A stretch of DNA of 60,187 nt. Origin: an uncultured Halobacteriales archaeon (GTDB lineage Archaea; Halobacteriota; Halobacteria; Halobacteriales; Hikarchaeaceae). The notes under the pieces are model-generated. The model saw nothing but the letters and a program-made list of their open reading frames with translations. It searched no databases and was not told the origin of the DNA. Below are positions 8,352 to 17,221 of this stretch, piece after piece; the stretch's first letter is position 1, and every line of letters starts with the position of its first letter. The stretch spans positions 6,829-67,015 of the forward strand of contig CAZKPC010000005.1 of NCBI GenBank assembly GCA_964554565.1. Direction: 5' to 3'. A program made the translations under genes and the position numbers.

Positions 8352-10844
8352 CGTGAGCTCTCGAGGTAGCAATTAACGGGACCTCCGACTTCGTTCGACT
8401 CTAATTGGGCTCCTGGTTTCGGATGTGTTCTGGCCTACAGTGATTGTTTGGGCCTTCGTTGGGTTTCGACCCGTTCACTGGGTCGATCAATGCAGCAAGG
8501 GGTCAAATGGAATCACAGGTCGAAGCTGAGGTCGGTGCGTATAGATTCCATATAGTTTCTTTTGGTTTATGAGTCGCCCTCGGGGGGTTCGAGTTGGGTT
8601 GGGCTTGGGAAGCCGACTCTTTGTCGTATCGATAAATGGGGGAATTCCAAACTGATCGGCGAACTGGATTCATCGGGCTGCGTTTGAGTCAATAATTCCA
8701 TGAAGTGACGACGGGGCCATGATTGATGGAATTCTACATCCTGGCCTCGTGGCTTCCAGCTGGATTCACGTTTGATCTTCCCTTTGGCCTGCTCTGCGGT
8801 AATATGTCTATCCGGCAATTGTTTGGGCTGTTGTTCAGGATCTCCCGGGGTCATTTGTAAAGTATATACTACGATATCGAATCACCGAACATGGTAGATC
8901 AGTTGATTTCAGCCGGTAGCCGTTTTATAGTGCATTCAATGCTACCGAGCCAATTTGACTCTCGGTGGGACGACGATGGGATCAGTCAGGTCAGTTGTCA
9001 CGGGTAAATCGGGAGTTCTAGATACTCACGAGATCGACCTGGTGACAATGGGGCAGACATCGGATTAGTTTGCTAATTTCTGGAGTTTGTCGTCCTTTTG
9101 GATGATATTTTCCTCTTGACGTATGGAGATGGAAGCTGAAGCCACTGCTGTGGGGTCTCGCTCTTTATCGATTTCAATTCGAAGCAACTTGAGTTTTAGC
9201 TCGCTGTATCAATCCGGTCTGACTCAATTGAGATCTGATGTGTGCGGTTCTATATTGTACTATAGGGTTCATCATTTAAAGAAAATTCTATTTCGGGGTG
9301 CTATAGACGACCTACCCACCCGAGGGAGCAGGGTAACCGTGGTATACTGCCACTGTCTAAGTTTGAAGTACAGCTGATGGCGTTTGGGCCATCGTGCTTG
9401 CCTTGCTGGTGTTTCCAGAATTTACGGTTCGGGGTTGACGGATGTAGATTCACCCCGGGCTTGCAGTCGCACCTGCAGTCGGGATCGATGATGGAAATCA
9501 GCTCTTCAGTCGGGGGAACCCGGATCAAATGAGGTGTTAAGATGCCGGTAATTGCGGCTATAGCGGGAAGCCCCCGGATATAAATCCTATATTACGATAT
9601 AAAAACCGGCTATTTGCTCTCAGAGAGTGCTGACTGATTACGGCAGGAATGCGCTATGTAGTCATTATTTGAACCGGTCAATTCTGCCTCCGGGTTTTCG
9701 GTTGGCTCCTTCGACGAATGCGCTCAGACAGGTTTGCTTTCGCGACCATCTGTGTTAGGCAATCACCGGTAGCTCATGGCCTTGAACAGGTGGCTGTAAA
9801 CCACACTGATCAGTCTTTCAGTGATTCGCTTTGCACCAACAGCTTCACTGACTCTTTTGGGCTCAGCTAGTCGCCGGTTGAGCACGCAGAGAGTAATTCT
9901 GTATCGTAATATGTGATTTATTGTATCGCCCCGGCGGGTCGATACTTATCGAAAAACCGCGGGACGGAAACGGGGTCTCGTGCAAATAACACCTGGGTTT
10001 GAAACCCGATCTGGATGGTTGATGCCATCGCAGAACATGTGAAATCCGAACTGGCTCGAGTTTTCGCATCACGGGTTGCCGTTTATTTTGAAACCTGAGT
10101 CCAGTGTCATTTCGGGACCTGACGGGATCTGATCGGAATAGGAATGCGTTAGATGCTCAGCCCAGAGCGGATCTGAACGTGGAGTAACTCATTCCGTCGG
10201 TTGAACCACGATAAAGTCTACATCGTGGGAAGACTCCGTTTGTGACGTCCCAATATCTCGTCAAAAACCTGTTTTCGACGCAGTCAGACGATCTATTTCT
10301 GTTTCTGAAGCGGCCTGTGAGCTCTAGTTTGTTCGCTAGCAGGACTGGAAACACCGGTGTAGTATAAATATTAAACTGTATATTGCGATATAGAAATACA
10401 TGATTGAGCCTACCGCATGTTTGTGCTGGAGTTGATTCGCCACTGTCCTCAGATAATGGGTGGATGTCCGGACGCGTACACTGTTAGGGGTGATCCGCCT
10501 CGAGATGGCCAGCAGTCACCCGACGTGCATGACCACTCTGGCCCGGGCGGTGTGACCTGGGTCGACAGAGGCAACCGTGCCGGCCTCGAACACCGATTTG
10601 AACCCTCTTCATGAGTGTTCCAATCACCGAAGATGCGCCCGACCCACCCTCCGTTCCGCTGGTTGCATACCGCCGGGGCTGTCAATCCACGGACGTCGTA
10701 TCCGACGTCACCACTCTCGTTTGTCTCGCGGGTGCTCGCTACTGGAGAGAGAATATGCTGCCCTCCGAAGCCTTTTCTAATGACCTGAAACCGTGAACTA
10801 ATCACTCATTAGCTAAGTTTATCCCCCCGTTGAAGCGGCGTTGC
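8352..10844. other. Low-GC, gene-poor island (~2.5 kb)
   Basis: Visibly AT-richer than the flanks; only short ORFs without host-like acidic composition. Confidence 0.8.
8865..10392. repeat. Dispersed pseudo-palindromic motif TATAT-N4-ATATA (consensus TATATTACGATATA)
   Basis: 8865 TATACTACGATATC; 9251 TATATTGTACTATA; 9588 TATATTACGATATA; 9900-9913 (reverse) CATATTACGATACA; 10379 TATATTGCGATATA. Confidence 0.5.
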
Positions 10845-11018
10845 ATGTCCGGCGGACGCTCGTTGGGGACCGTCCTGTGGCGGCTCCGCCATTTCCTCGC
10901 CGGGGCCACCGGCGAAGGCCGTCTCTACGAGTGCCGACGGTGTGGCCAATCGTTCCACAAACCGCGCCAGGATTGTCCGCAATGTGGGGCAGCCGAGATA
11001 GCCCACTACGAGTTCTGA
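10845..11018 (+). CDS. CPxCG-type zinc-finger micro-protein (57 aa)
   Basis: YECRRCG...DCPQCG; TTTAT about 25 nt upstream of ATG. Confidence 0.8.
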   Translation: MSGGRSLGTVLWRLRHFLAGATGEGRLYECRRCGQSFHKPRQDCPQCGAAEIAHYEF

Positions 11019-11148
11019 AGGGAACGCCTCGCCTTTCACTTCCGACCCGGTAGGTGACTATATTTGGGCCCGGCTCGGGACCCATGACTGTGGAGGGCCC
11101 TCTGGGAGCAACCATCCGAAACCAGTGCACCATGCGAGGTGATCAGCC

Positions 11149-11295
11149 GTGACCTACACCGCCGTTTGCACGGAGTGCGAATGGACGTTCGAACACGCCC
11201 GGAAGGACCCCGTCGCGGAGCGGCTCGAGGAGCACGCTCGGCGGCAAGACCACGAGGTCGAGTTCACTCGGCGCGCGTTCGAGGCCCCCGTCTGA
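11149..11295 (+). CDS. C2H2-type zinc-finger micro-protein (48 aa; not in ORF track)
   Basis: MTYTAVCTECEWTFEHARKDPVAERLEEHARRQDHEVEFTRRAFEAPV; GTG start preceded by SD-like GAGGTGAT. Confidence 0.75.
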   Translation: MTYTAVCTECEWTFEHARKDPVAERLEEHARRQDHEVEFTRRAFEAPV

Positions 11296-11335
11296 GTCCC
11301 GGTATGCTGATTAGCCCGGGCGTGCGAGGGAGACT

Positions 11336-11494
11336 GTGCGCTACAACGCCGGCGGACGCCCGGGCGCCGGCCGCTACACCTGCACGACGTGTGGCTGGAC
11401 GGCGGAACTGACGGACCCTGATGAGCCGTTGCCCTCCTGCCCGGAGTGTCCGAGCGGCGAGAACGCGACCTACCGGCCGGGCTACGAATCGTAG
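11336..11494 (+). CDS. Zinc-ribbon micro-protein (52 aa; not in ORF track)
   Basis: MRYNAGGRPGAGRYTCTTCGWTAELTDPDEPLPSCPECPSGENATYRPGYES; GTG start after GAGGGAG. Confidence 0.72.
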   Translation: MRYNAGGRPGAGRYTCTTCGWTAELTDPDEPLPSCPECPSGENATYRPGYES

Positions 11495-11534
11495 GCGCCG
11501 GTCGGGCATTCCGAAAGCCATTTTCTACCGATCG

Positions 11535-12671
11535 TCAGTCCAGTTCCACGACCTCGATCCCCTCGATCGCGGCCTCGACCAACCGGTCGATCTCGACGTC
11601 CGCTTCGAGGGCCGCCAGCCGGTTCTCGCCGAGCCGTGGCGTCGGGTTGTCGGGAGCGATCGTCCGGCAGGCTGCGTCGACGACGGCGTCTTCGAAGGTC
11701 CCGAGTTCGCGGGCCCGATCCGCGATCTCCTCCTTGGGGGCAGTCAGCAGCGGCCGATGCACCGGGAGGTCGACCGCGGCGCCGGTGAGGGCGAGGTTGG
11801 TGGGGGTCTGTGACGACTTCTGCCCGATCGCCTCGCCGGTGACGAGGCCGACCGCGTCGGTCTCCGAGGCGATGTGTTCGGCGACTCGGAACAGCACCCG
11901 CCGGTGGAGGATCATCCGGCCGGTCCCCACCGCGGTCAAGGTCTCGTTGACCGGCCCCAGATCGACCAGGTGATAGCGCCACGGTTTCGCGGGGTGCAAG
12001 CGGACGAGTTTCGAGAGCGCCGCCTCGAACCGGGCCACGTGATCCCCGGCGGCCATCGGGCGGTTGTAGAAGTAGACCGGTTCGATGTCGGAGCCCCGTT
12101 CCATGACCTCGGCGGCGGCCACCGGCGAGTCGATGCCGCCGCTGATCAATGTCACCAGCGGTTCCTGACTGCCGACGGGGAACCCGCCGGGCCCCGAATA
12201 GCGCTCGGTGAAGACGAAGGCCCCGGCGTCACGGACGTCCACCTCGACGGTCGTCGTCGGCGACTCGAGATCGACGGCGGCCTGGGTCCGCTCCTGAATG
12301 CGGGCCCCCAGGTCCCGTTCCAGGGCTTCGCTCTCGAACGGTTGATCGCCGGCGGTGTTGACCCGGACCGCGAACGGCGGTTCGATCGCGAGGTCGTCGG
12401 TGGCGGCCGCGATCGCGTCGAAGTCGACTTCGACTCGGTCGGCCGGCGATGTCGAGGCCACGCCGGGGAGCTCGGCGACGGCTCGGGCGGCAGCGTCGGC
12501 GGCCGGCGTCGCGACGAGGATCCGCCCGGGGATGTTCTCGATCGACGGCGCCTCGAGCGCCTCGTAGGCGAGCCGCTCGGCCACCCGCTCCCGGAGGCGG
12601 GACCGCATCCGCCGCGCCACCGGTTCGGACTTGGTGCCGATCGCGCTGTACCGCACGAGGACGTGGTCCAT
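11535..12671 (-). CDS. thiI: tRNA 4-thiouridine sulfurtransferase ThiI (THUMP + PP-loop)
   Basis: GPGGFPVGSQ, LISGGIDSPVAA PP-loop, TGEAIGQKSSQT, HRPLL; no rhodanese domain. Confidence 0.9.
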   Translation of the reverse strand: MDHVLVRYSAIGTKSEPVARRMRSRLRERVAERLAYEALEAPSIENIPGRILVATPAADAAARAVAELPGVASTSPADRVEVDFDAIAAATDDLAIEPPFAVRVNTAGDQPFESEALERDLGARIQERTQAAVDLESPTTTVEVDVRDAGAFVFTERYSGPGGFPVGSQEPLVTLISGGIDSPVAAAEVMERGSDIEPVYFYNRPMAAGDHVARFEAALSKLVRLHPAKPWRYHLVDLGPVNETLTAVGTGRMILHRRVLFRVAEHIASETDAVGLVTGEAIGQKSSQTPTNLALTGAAVDLPVHRPLLTAPKEEIADRARELGTFEDAVVDAACRTIAPDNPTPRLGENRLAALEADVEIDRLVEAAIEGIEVVELD

Positions 12672-12735
12672 CCCGTTACACTACCACGTCGAGGGCATTG
12701 AGGCCAGCGTTTACGGCTGGAAGTGCGGCCGGCGT

Positions 12736-13905
12736 TCAACGGCGGGCGGTGACGAGCCGGTATTCGCCCCGATCGACTCCGGAGATCTCGCGGAAATACG
12801 GGTCGAGGTAGCGATCGAAGGCCACCCCTCGGTGATGGACCAGCTGGAGCTGGCCGTCGGCGGTCAGGACGTCGCTGGCGCCCGCCATGAGATCGTGGAG
12901 CAGCCCGGCGCCCCCATGCGTCGGCGGGTTGCAGAGGATCCGATCGAACGTCGATCCGCGGACGGCGGCGACGCCATCACCAGTCACCACGTCGAGCCCG
13001 TCAGTGAGGCCCGATTGTGCGGCCGACCGGCGGGCGCACGCCGTGGCCACACAGTCGTCGTCGGTGAGGACGACGCTGCAATCAGCGCTGCGGCGGGCAT
13101 AGATCCCGAGGGGCCCGTAGCCACAGGCCAGATCCAGGACGCGGTCGCCATCGCGGGGCTGGACGTGCTCTGCGAGGGCCCGCGTGCCGGCATCCAGTTC
13201 GGTCGGCGAGAAGAGGCCGGGATAGGTCGTGAAGGCCAGCTCGGTGTCACCGATCTCGGCTGTGATCGTCCGCGGGTGAGCGTAGCGTGGTGGATCGTAA
13301 TCCGCCGGCCGGGCGCCGCGCAGCACCGTCACTGGCCCCTCGCTGGCGACCCTTGACACCGCCTCGCAGAGTTCGCGCAGGGTCGCCTCGTAGCGGTTGA
13401 GGCCGGTCGACGGCGATGCGGCGAGATAGCAGCTCCCGCCGGGATCGAGCGTCGCGAGCGCGTCTGCGATCCGTTGGTTGACGACGTCCACGGGCACGTA
13501 CTCCGTCGGTGCCAGGGCCGCGGCCTCGAACGACGTGGGCAGCGCCCGGAGATCGGCGGTGATCGCGACCGTGGTCCGATCCGCGACACGGTTGCGGGTG
13601 GCGTTCTCCCGACAGAGCCCCGCGGCCCGCGCGCTGGTTTCGGTCATCCGGACGGAGTCCGCGAAGACACCGAGCACCGTCCCGACGAGGCCGTAATTCG
13701 CGTCGGGAACCAGGATCGTCTCCGGCGCGACGTCAACGAGCACGTCGAGGAGTCGGAGTTCCGGCTCCCGGAACGCCGTCGGCGAGGCGACGCCATCAGC
13801 CGTCAGAAAGGAGAACTCCTCGCGCGGCCCGATGGTCGCCTTGAGGCGGAGCGGCTCGCGCTCTCCGGAGGAGTCGGGCGGTCGGTGGTCGGGGGGATCG
13901 GGCAT
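12736..13905 (-). CDS. RsmC/RlmG-like SAM methyltransferase with tandem MTS domains
   Basis: Degenerate N-terminal domain (TADGV..ANYGLVG); intact C-terminal domain (PGLFS..LDAGT, VLDLACGYG, ILCNPPTH). Confidence 0.85.
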   Translation of the reverse strand: MPDPPDHRPPDSSGEREPLRLKATIGPREEFSFLTADGVASPTAFREPELRLLDVLVDVAPETILVPDANYGLVGTVLGVFADSVRMTETSARAAGLCRENATRNRVADRTTVAITADLRALPTSFEAAALAPTEYVPVDVVNQRIADALATLDPGGSCYLAASPSTGLNRYEATLRELCEAVSRVASEGPVTVLRGARPADYDPPRYAHPRTITAEIGDTELAFTTYPGLFSPTELDAGTRALAEHVQPRDGDRVLDLACGYGPLGIYARRSADCSVVLTDDDCVATACARRSAAQSGLTDGLDVVTGDGVAAVRGSTFDRILCNPPTHGGAGLLHDLMAGASDVLTADGQLQLVHHRGVAFDRYLDPYFREISGVDRGEYRLVTARR

Positions 13906-13993
13906 TCGTAGGCTGAAAGTGGCGGCCGAGCGTGCGGGGACCTTCGCCGGTCCGGCCTAAAGCTCCCGGGACCGAGCAGCCCGACCCCCCGCC

Positions 13994-15427
13994 TCAGCCA
14001 CTCAGCTGCTCTTCGAGGATCCGGCCGGCAGCGTCCAGGAATTCCTGCTCGGTCCCCGCCGGAATGGTGGCCCCCGCGGCGATGTCGTGGCCGCCACCTT
14101 CGCCCTCGACGGCGGCCGCCGCCTTCGTCATGACGACCGATAGGTCGAGGCCGCGGCCGACCAGCGGGCCCGACCCCCGCGAGGAGACCTTGATCTCCCC
14201 CTCGCCAGCGTCCGCGAACGCGATGATCGGCCGGCCGCTATCGGCCGCGTCCGTCCCGAGCGCCATGCCGGCGACGATCCCGACGATCGTTTCGCGGATG
14301 CGGTCCCGGGCGTGGAACCACTGGAGGTTTGGCTCCTTGGTGATCCCGAGGTCACGAACCAGGTCGAGGCCTTCAGACAGGTTCCGGCGGTGGTTCGCGA
14401 GGAGGCGGCGCGCCCGGGTGAGGGCGGCGTCGCGGTCGCCGAGGCAGACCGCGAGCCCGACGTCGGGTCGCTCGTATCTGGCCGTCGCGTTGAGCAGGGT
14501 GGAGAACTCGCTGGCGTCCCTGAGTTCGGTCCCCGAGGCCTCGTTGGTGAGTTCGTAGGTCCGGCCGACCAGGCCGTCGATCTTCGCGGCGGGGACTCCC
14601 CGTTCGACCGCCCGCTGTACGAGTCCGCTGACGACGGCCGTCCGTTCCTCGCGGTTGAGGTCCGCCCAGGTCCGCCAGTCGCCGTCTGTCTGGAGGTCCA
14701 CGCCCAAGCCGTCGAGGAAGCGGAGGGCCCCGTCCTCGGAGTTGGAGACGCCGGGGATCTCCACCTCGCTCCCGTACTCGAGCAGTTTCGGCAGCGGTCG
14801 CGTCTGCTTCCCGTAGAGCGAGAGGTCCCGGCCCGTATCGATCACCCCCGCGTTCACGCCCTCCTCAAGGATCGCCGCGTTCGCCCCGACCAGCTCGCCG
14901 GTCGAGGCCTGCATATCGCCGACGGCTCCGACGACCGCGAGAGCGGCCAGGTCCCGGTTGGCCGCCCCGCCGAGGGCCCGGGCGATCAGGTAGGCGGTAC
15001 CGGCGCCGGACAGTTCCGACGCCCCGTTGAGGCCCGCGAGTACCGGGTTGACGTGCCAGTCGGGATCGACATCCACCTCGGCGGGCTGGTGGTGATCGGC
15101 GACGACCGGCCGGAACGCCCCGGCGTCCGCGTGTCGGAGAATGTGTGACAGCTGGCCGCTCCCGAAGTCCGTGAACCAGACGACGTCCGGGTCCGTCTTG
15201 GCCACGGCGGCTACCTCCTCGGCATCGAGCTGATCGGCGAACGCGGTCCGGACGGGCACCTCGGCGCGTCGAACCGTTTCTGTCGCGATAGCGGCGCTCG
15301 TGAGCCCGTCGGCGTCGATGTGGGACACGACGAGGACCGAGTCGGCCGTCCTAAGCCGTTCGGCGCCCGCAGCGGCCCGGTCGGCGAGTTCGGGGACCGG
15401 CGCTTCGACCTCGGCGGACGCGCTCAT
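13994..15427 (-). CDS. RecJ-like DHH/DHHA1 phosphoesterase
   Basis: SHIDADGL, TDFG, ADHH, GAVGD, GGGHDIAAG motifs. Confidence 0.92.
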   Translation of the reverse strand: MSASAEVEAPVPELADRAAAGAERLRTADSVLVVSHIDADGLTSAAIATETVRRAEVPVRTAFADQLDAEEVAAVAKTDPDVVWFTDFGSGQLSHILRHADAGAFRPVVADHHQPAEVDVDPDWHVNPVLAGLNGASELSGAGTAYLIARALGGAANRDLAALAVVGAVGDMQASTGELVGANAAILEEGVNAGVIDTGRDLSLYGKQTRPLPKLLEYGSEVEIPGVSNSEDGALRFLDGLGVDLQTDGDWRTWADLNREERTAVVSGLVQRAVERGVPAAKIDGLVGRTYELTNEASGTELRDASEFSTLLNATARYERPDVGLAVCLGDRDAALTRARRLLANHRRNLSEGLDLVRDLGITKEPNLQWFHARDRIRETIVGIVAGMALGTDAADSGRPIIAFADAGEGEIKVSSRGSGPLVGRGLDLSVVMTKAAAAVEGEGGGHDIAAGATIPAGTEQEFLDAAGRILEEQLSG

Positions 15428-15513
15428 TGCTGGCGCTGTCCGCGGCGGCGGCGGTTAAACCTACGCCACGCGCTGGGAGTGACTGGTGTCGGGAGTCGGA
15501 TCGGCCGGCCGGT

Positions 15514-16188
15514 TCAGGCGTCGGAACGCCCATCGGGATCGCCTCTCAGCGCCCTCGCAATGTAGATCGAGCCCCCATGGTGATCCCACAGCGCGGTGGT
15601 ATCGAACCGGCGGTCCAACAGTGCCGGGATATCGACCGTCGGAAACCAGTTGGTCAGCCGTTTCGCCAGCGGCACGACGGCCGGATTGAGCACCCGCCAC
15701 GGCCAGTGCTGAAACGGCCGGGCATCGAGCACGACGAGCCGACCGCCGTCCCGGAGGCAGTCATGCGCCGCGGCCAGGACCGCCTCGACGTCCGGCATGG
15801 CGCTCAGGGACATGGCGAGATACACGGCTTCGAACCGCTCAGACGCCACCGGCGGGTGGGCGGCGTCCGCTCGCACCACGTGGACGTTCTCCCAGCCCGC
15901 CGACCCGATCCGGTCGGCGGCCCGCTCGGTCATCCCCTCGCTGTAATCGACGCCGATGACTTGCCCTTCCGGCCCGACCGCCCTCCTGAGCGCGGCGAAC
16001 GCGTTACCCGTGCCACAGCCCAGTTCGAGGACTCGATCACCCGGATCGAGCCCGAGCCGGTCGATACTCCGGAGTCGCAGCCCCCGGTTCCGGCCCAGAA
16101 AGACCACCGTATAGAGCAATCGGAGCAGGTTCGGGTGTTGACTCCAGCGGTCGTAGAGCCGCCGCCCCTCAGAACCACTGGAGTCCAT
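15514..16188 (-). CDS. Class I SAM-dependent methyltransferase (UbiE/PmtA-like)
   Basis: VLELGCGTG, GVDYSEGM, LRDGGRL motifs. Confidence 0.85.
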   Translation of the reverse strand: MDSSGSEGRRLYDRWSQHPNLLRLLYTVVFLGRNRGLRLRSIDRLGLDPGDRVLELGCGTGNAFAALRRAVGPEGQVIGVDYSEGMTERAADRIGSAGWENVHVVRADAAHPPVASERFEAVYLAMSLSAMPDVEAVLAAAHDCLRDGGRLVVLDARPFQHWPWRVLNPAVVPLAKRLTNWFPTVDIPALLDRRFDTTALWDHHGGSIYIARALRGDPDGRSDA

Positions 16189-16254
16189 GGGGCTAGCCCT
16201 CGGATGGCGATCGCCTAATCAGCACTGGTGGCCGTAGCGACCATCGCCGATCGG

Positions 16255-16377
16255 TCACTCCTTGGCCAACGCGCAGGCCAGCTGTTTGTCACACTCGGGA
16301 CAGACCCAGATCACGTTGAAGGTGGCCCGTTCGCTCTGGACCCCTTCGACGTCGCAGTCCGAACACGTCGGCTTCAT
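16255..16377 (-). CDS. Zinc-finger micro-protein (40 aa; not in ORF track)
   Basis: MKPTCSDCDVEGVQSERATFNVIWVCPECDKQLACALAKE; AAGGAG upstream of ATG. Confidence 0.65.
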   Translation of the reverse strand: MKPTCSDCDVEGVQSERATFNVIWVCPECDKQLACALAKE

Positions 16378-16489
16378 GTGTTACTCCTTACCACATGCAA
16401 GGAATTGAGTCTTGGGCTGGGGGAAGCCGTCGACGCGTCAGCCGCCGTATCGAGAATCGTGCCGGGCCGGCTGTCACTTCCCCGGGGCC

Positions 16490-17221
16490 TCACTCCTCCA
16501 GTCGCCGGACCGCCGCCCGGGCGAGGGCTTCGAACGAGGCGGTGTTCGGGATCACGTCGACCGACACGCCGTTCGCCTCGGCGGTCCGGGCGGTCGGTGT
16601 CCCGATGGCTCCGACCACTCCGGTCTCGAGGCCAGCGATCACTTGCGCCCGGCTGCCCTGTTCCTCCGCGGCCTCGAGGAAGTGCTCGACCGTGAGCGAG
16701 GAGGTGAACAGGGCGGCCGCGAGTTCGCCAGCCGCTGCGACCTCCACGGACCGGCCCGCTGCCCCCGGCCTGACAAGCCGGTAGAGCACTGTTTCGTGAT
16801 GGTAGGCGCCGGCGTCGTCGAGCCCCTCCGTGAGCACCGGCGAGCCGTGATCGGACCGCGCGATCTCGACGCGGCGACCGTCGACCCGATCCGAGAGCGC
16901 CTCGACGAGCCCCTGCGAGGAGTACGTCTCCGGAACGAGGTCGACCGACAGCCCGGCGTCTTCGAGCGCGGCGGCGGTCGGCTCGCCGATCGCACAGAGC
17001 GTGGCGCCCTCGGCGGTCCAGTCGCTCGGCAGGAGGTCCACGCCGCTCTTGCTGGTCAAGATGACGACGTCCGCGTCCGATCGCGGGCGGGCCCCGGTCG
17101 GGTCCACGGCGAGCATCGGATCCGCGAGGGGCTCGACACCCAGCGATTCGAGGAGTTCGACGGCGTCGTCGAGCCGCTGATCGTCGGGCCGGAAGACGGC
17201 GACGGGGGGCCGACCGCTCAC
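16490..17221 (-). CDS. hemD: Uroporphyrinogen-III synthase
   Basis: AVFRP, ILTS, CAIGEPTA, LFTSS, AIGTPTA; GTGA overlap with the hemC stop. Confidence 0.93.
   Translation of the reverse strand: MSGRPPVAVFRPDDQRLDDAVELLESLGVEPLADPMLAVDPTGARPRSDADVVILTSKSGVDLLPSDWTAEGATLCAIGEPTAAALEDAGLSVDLVPETYSSQGLVEALSDRVDGRRVEIARSDHGSPVLTEGLDDAGAYHHETVLYRLVRPGAAGRSVEVAAAGELAAALFTSSLTVEHFLEAAEEQGSRAQVIAGLETGVVGAIGTPTARTAEANGVSVDVIPNTASFEALARAAVRRLEE

Noticed and set aside
9573-9600. GGATATAA-ATCC-TATATT as a second dif-like site
   Set aside because: The spacer is too short for an 11-6-11 layout and the right arm does not match; better explained by the TATAT-N4-ATATA motif.
8404-9865. Several TTGGG(C/T) words in the island
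   Set aside because: Short, irregularly spaced and plausible by chance; not a CRISPR or iteron array.
9408-10355. Inverted pair GGTGTTTCCAG (9408-9418) / CTGGAAACACC (10345-10355) resembling ORB elements of a replication origin
   Set aside because: Only the GGAAAC core matches, there is no proper G-string, and no orc1/cdc6 gene is adjacent; too weak to call an origin.
8567-10805. Short ORFs inside the low-GC island (8567..8854-, 9123..9377+, 10449..10805- and others)
   Set aside because: Non-acidic composition, no motifs and no clear start signals; not supportable as genes without homology or expression data.
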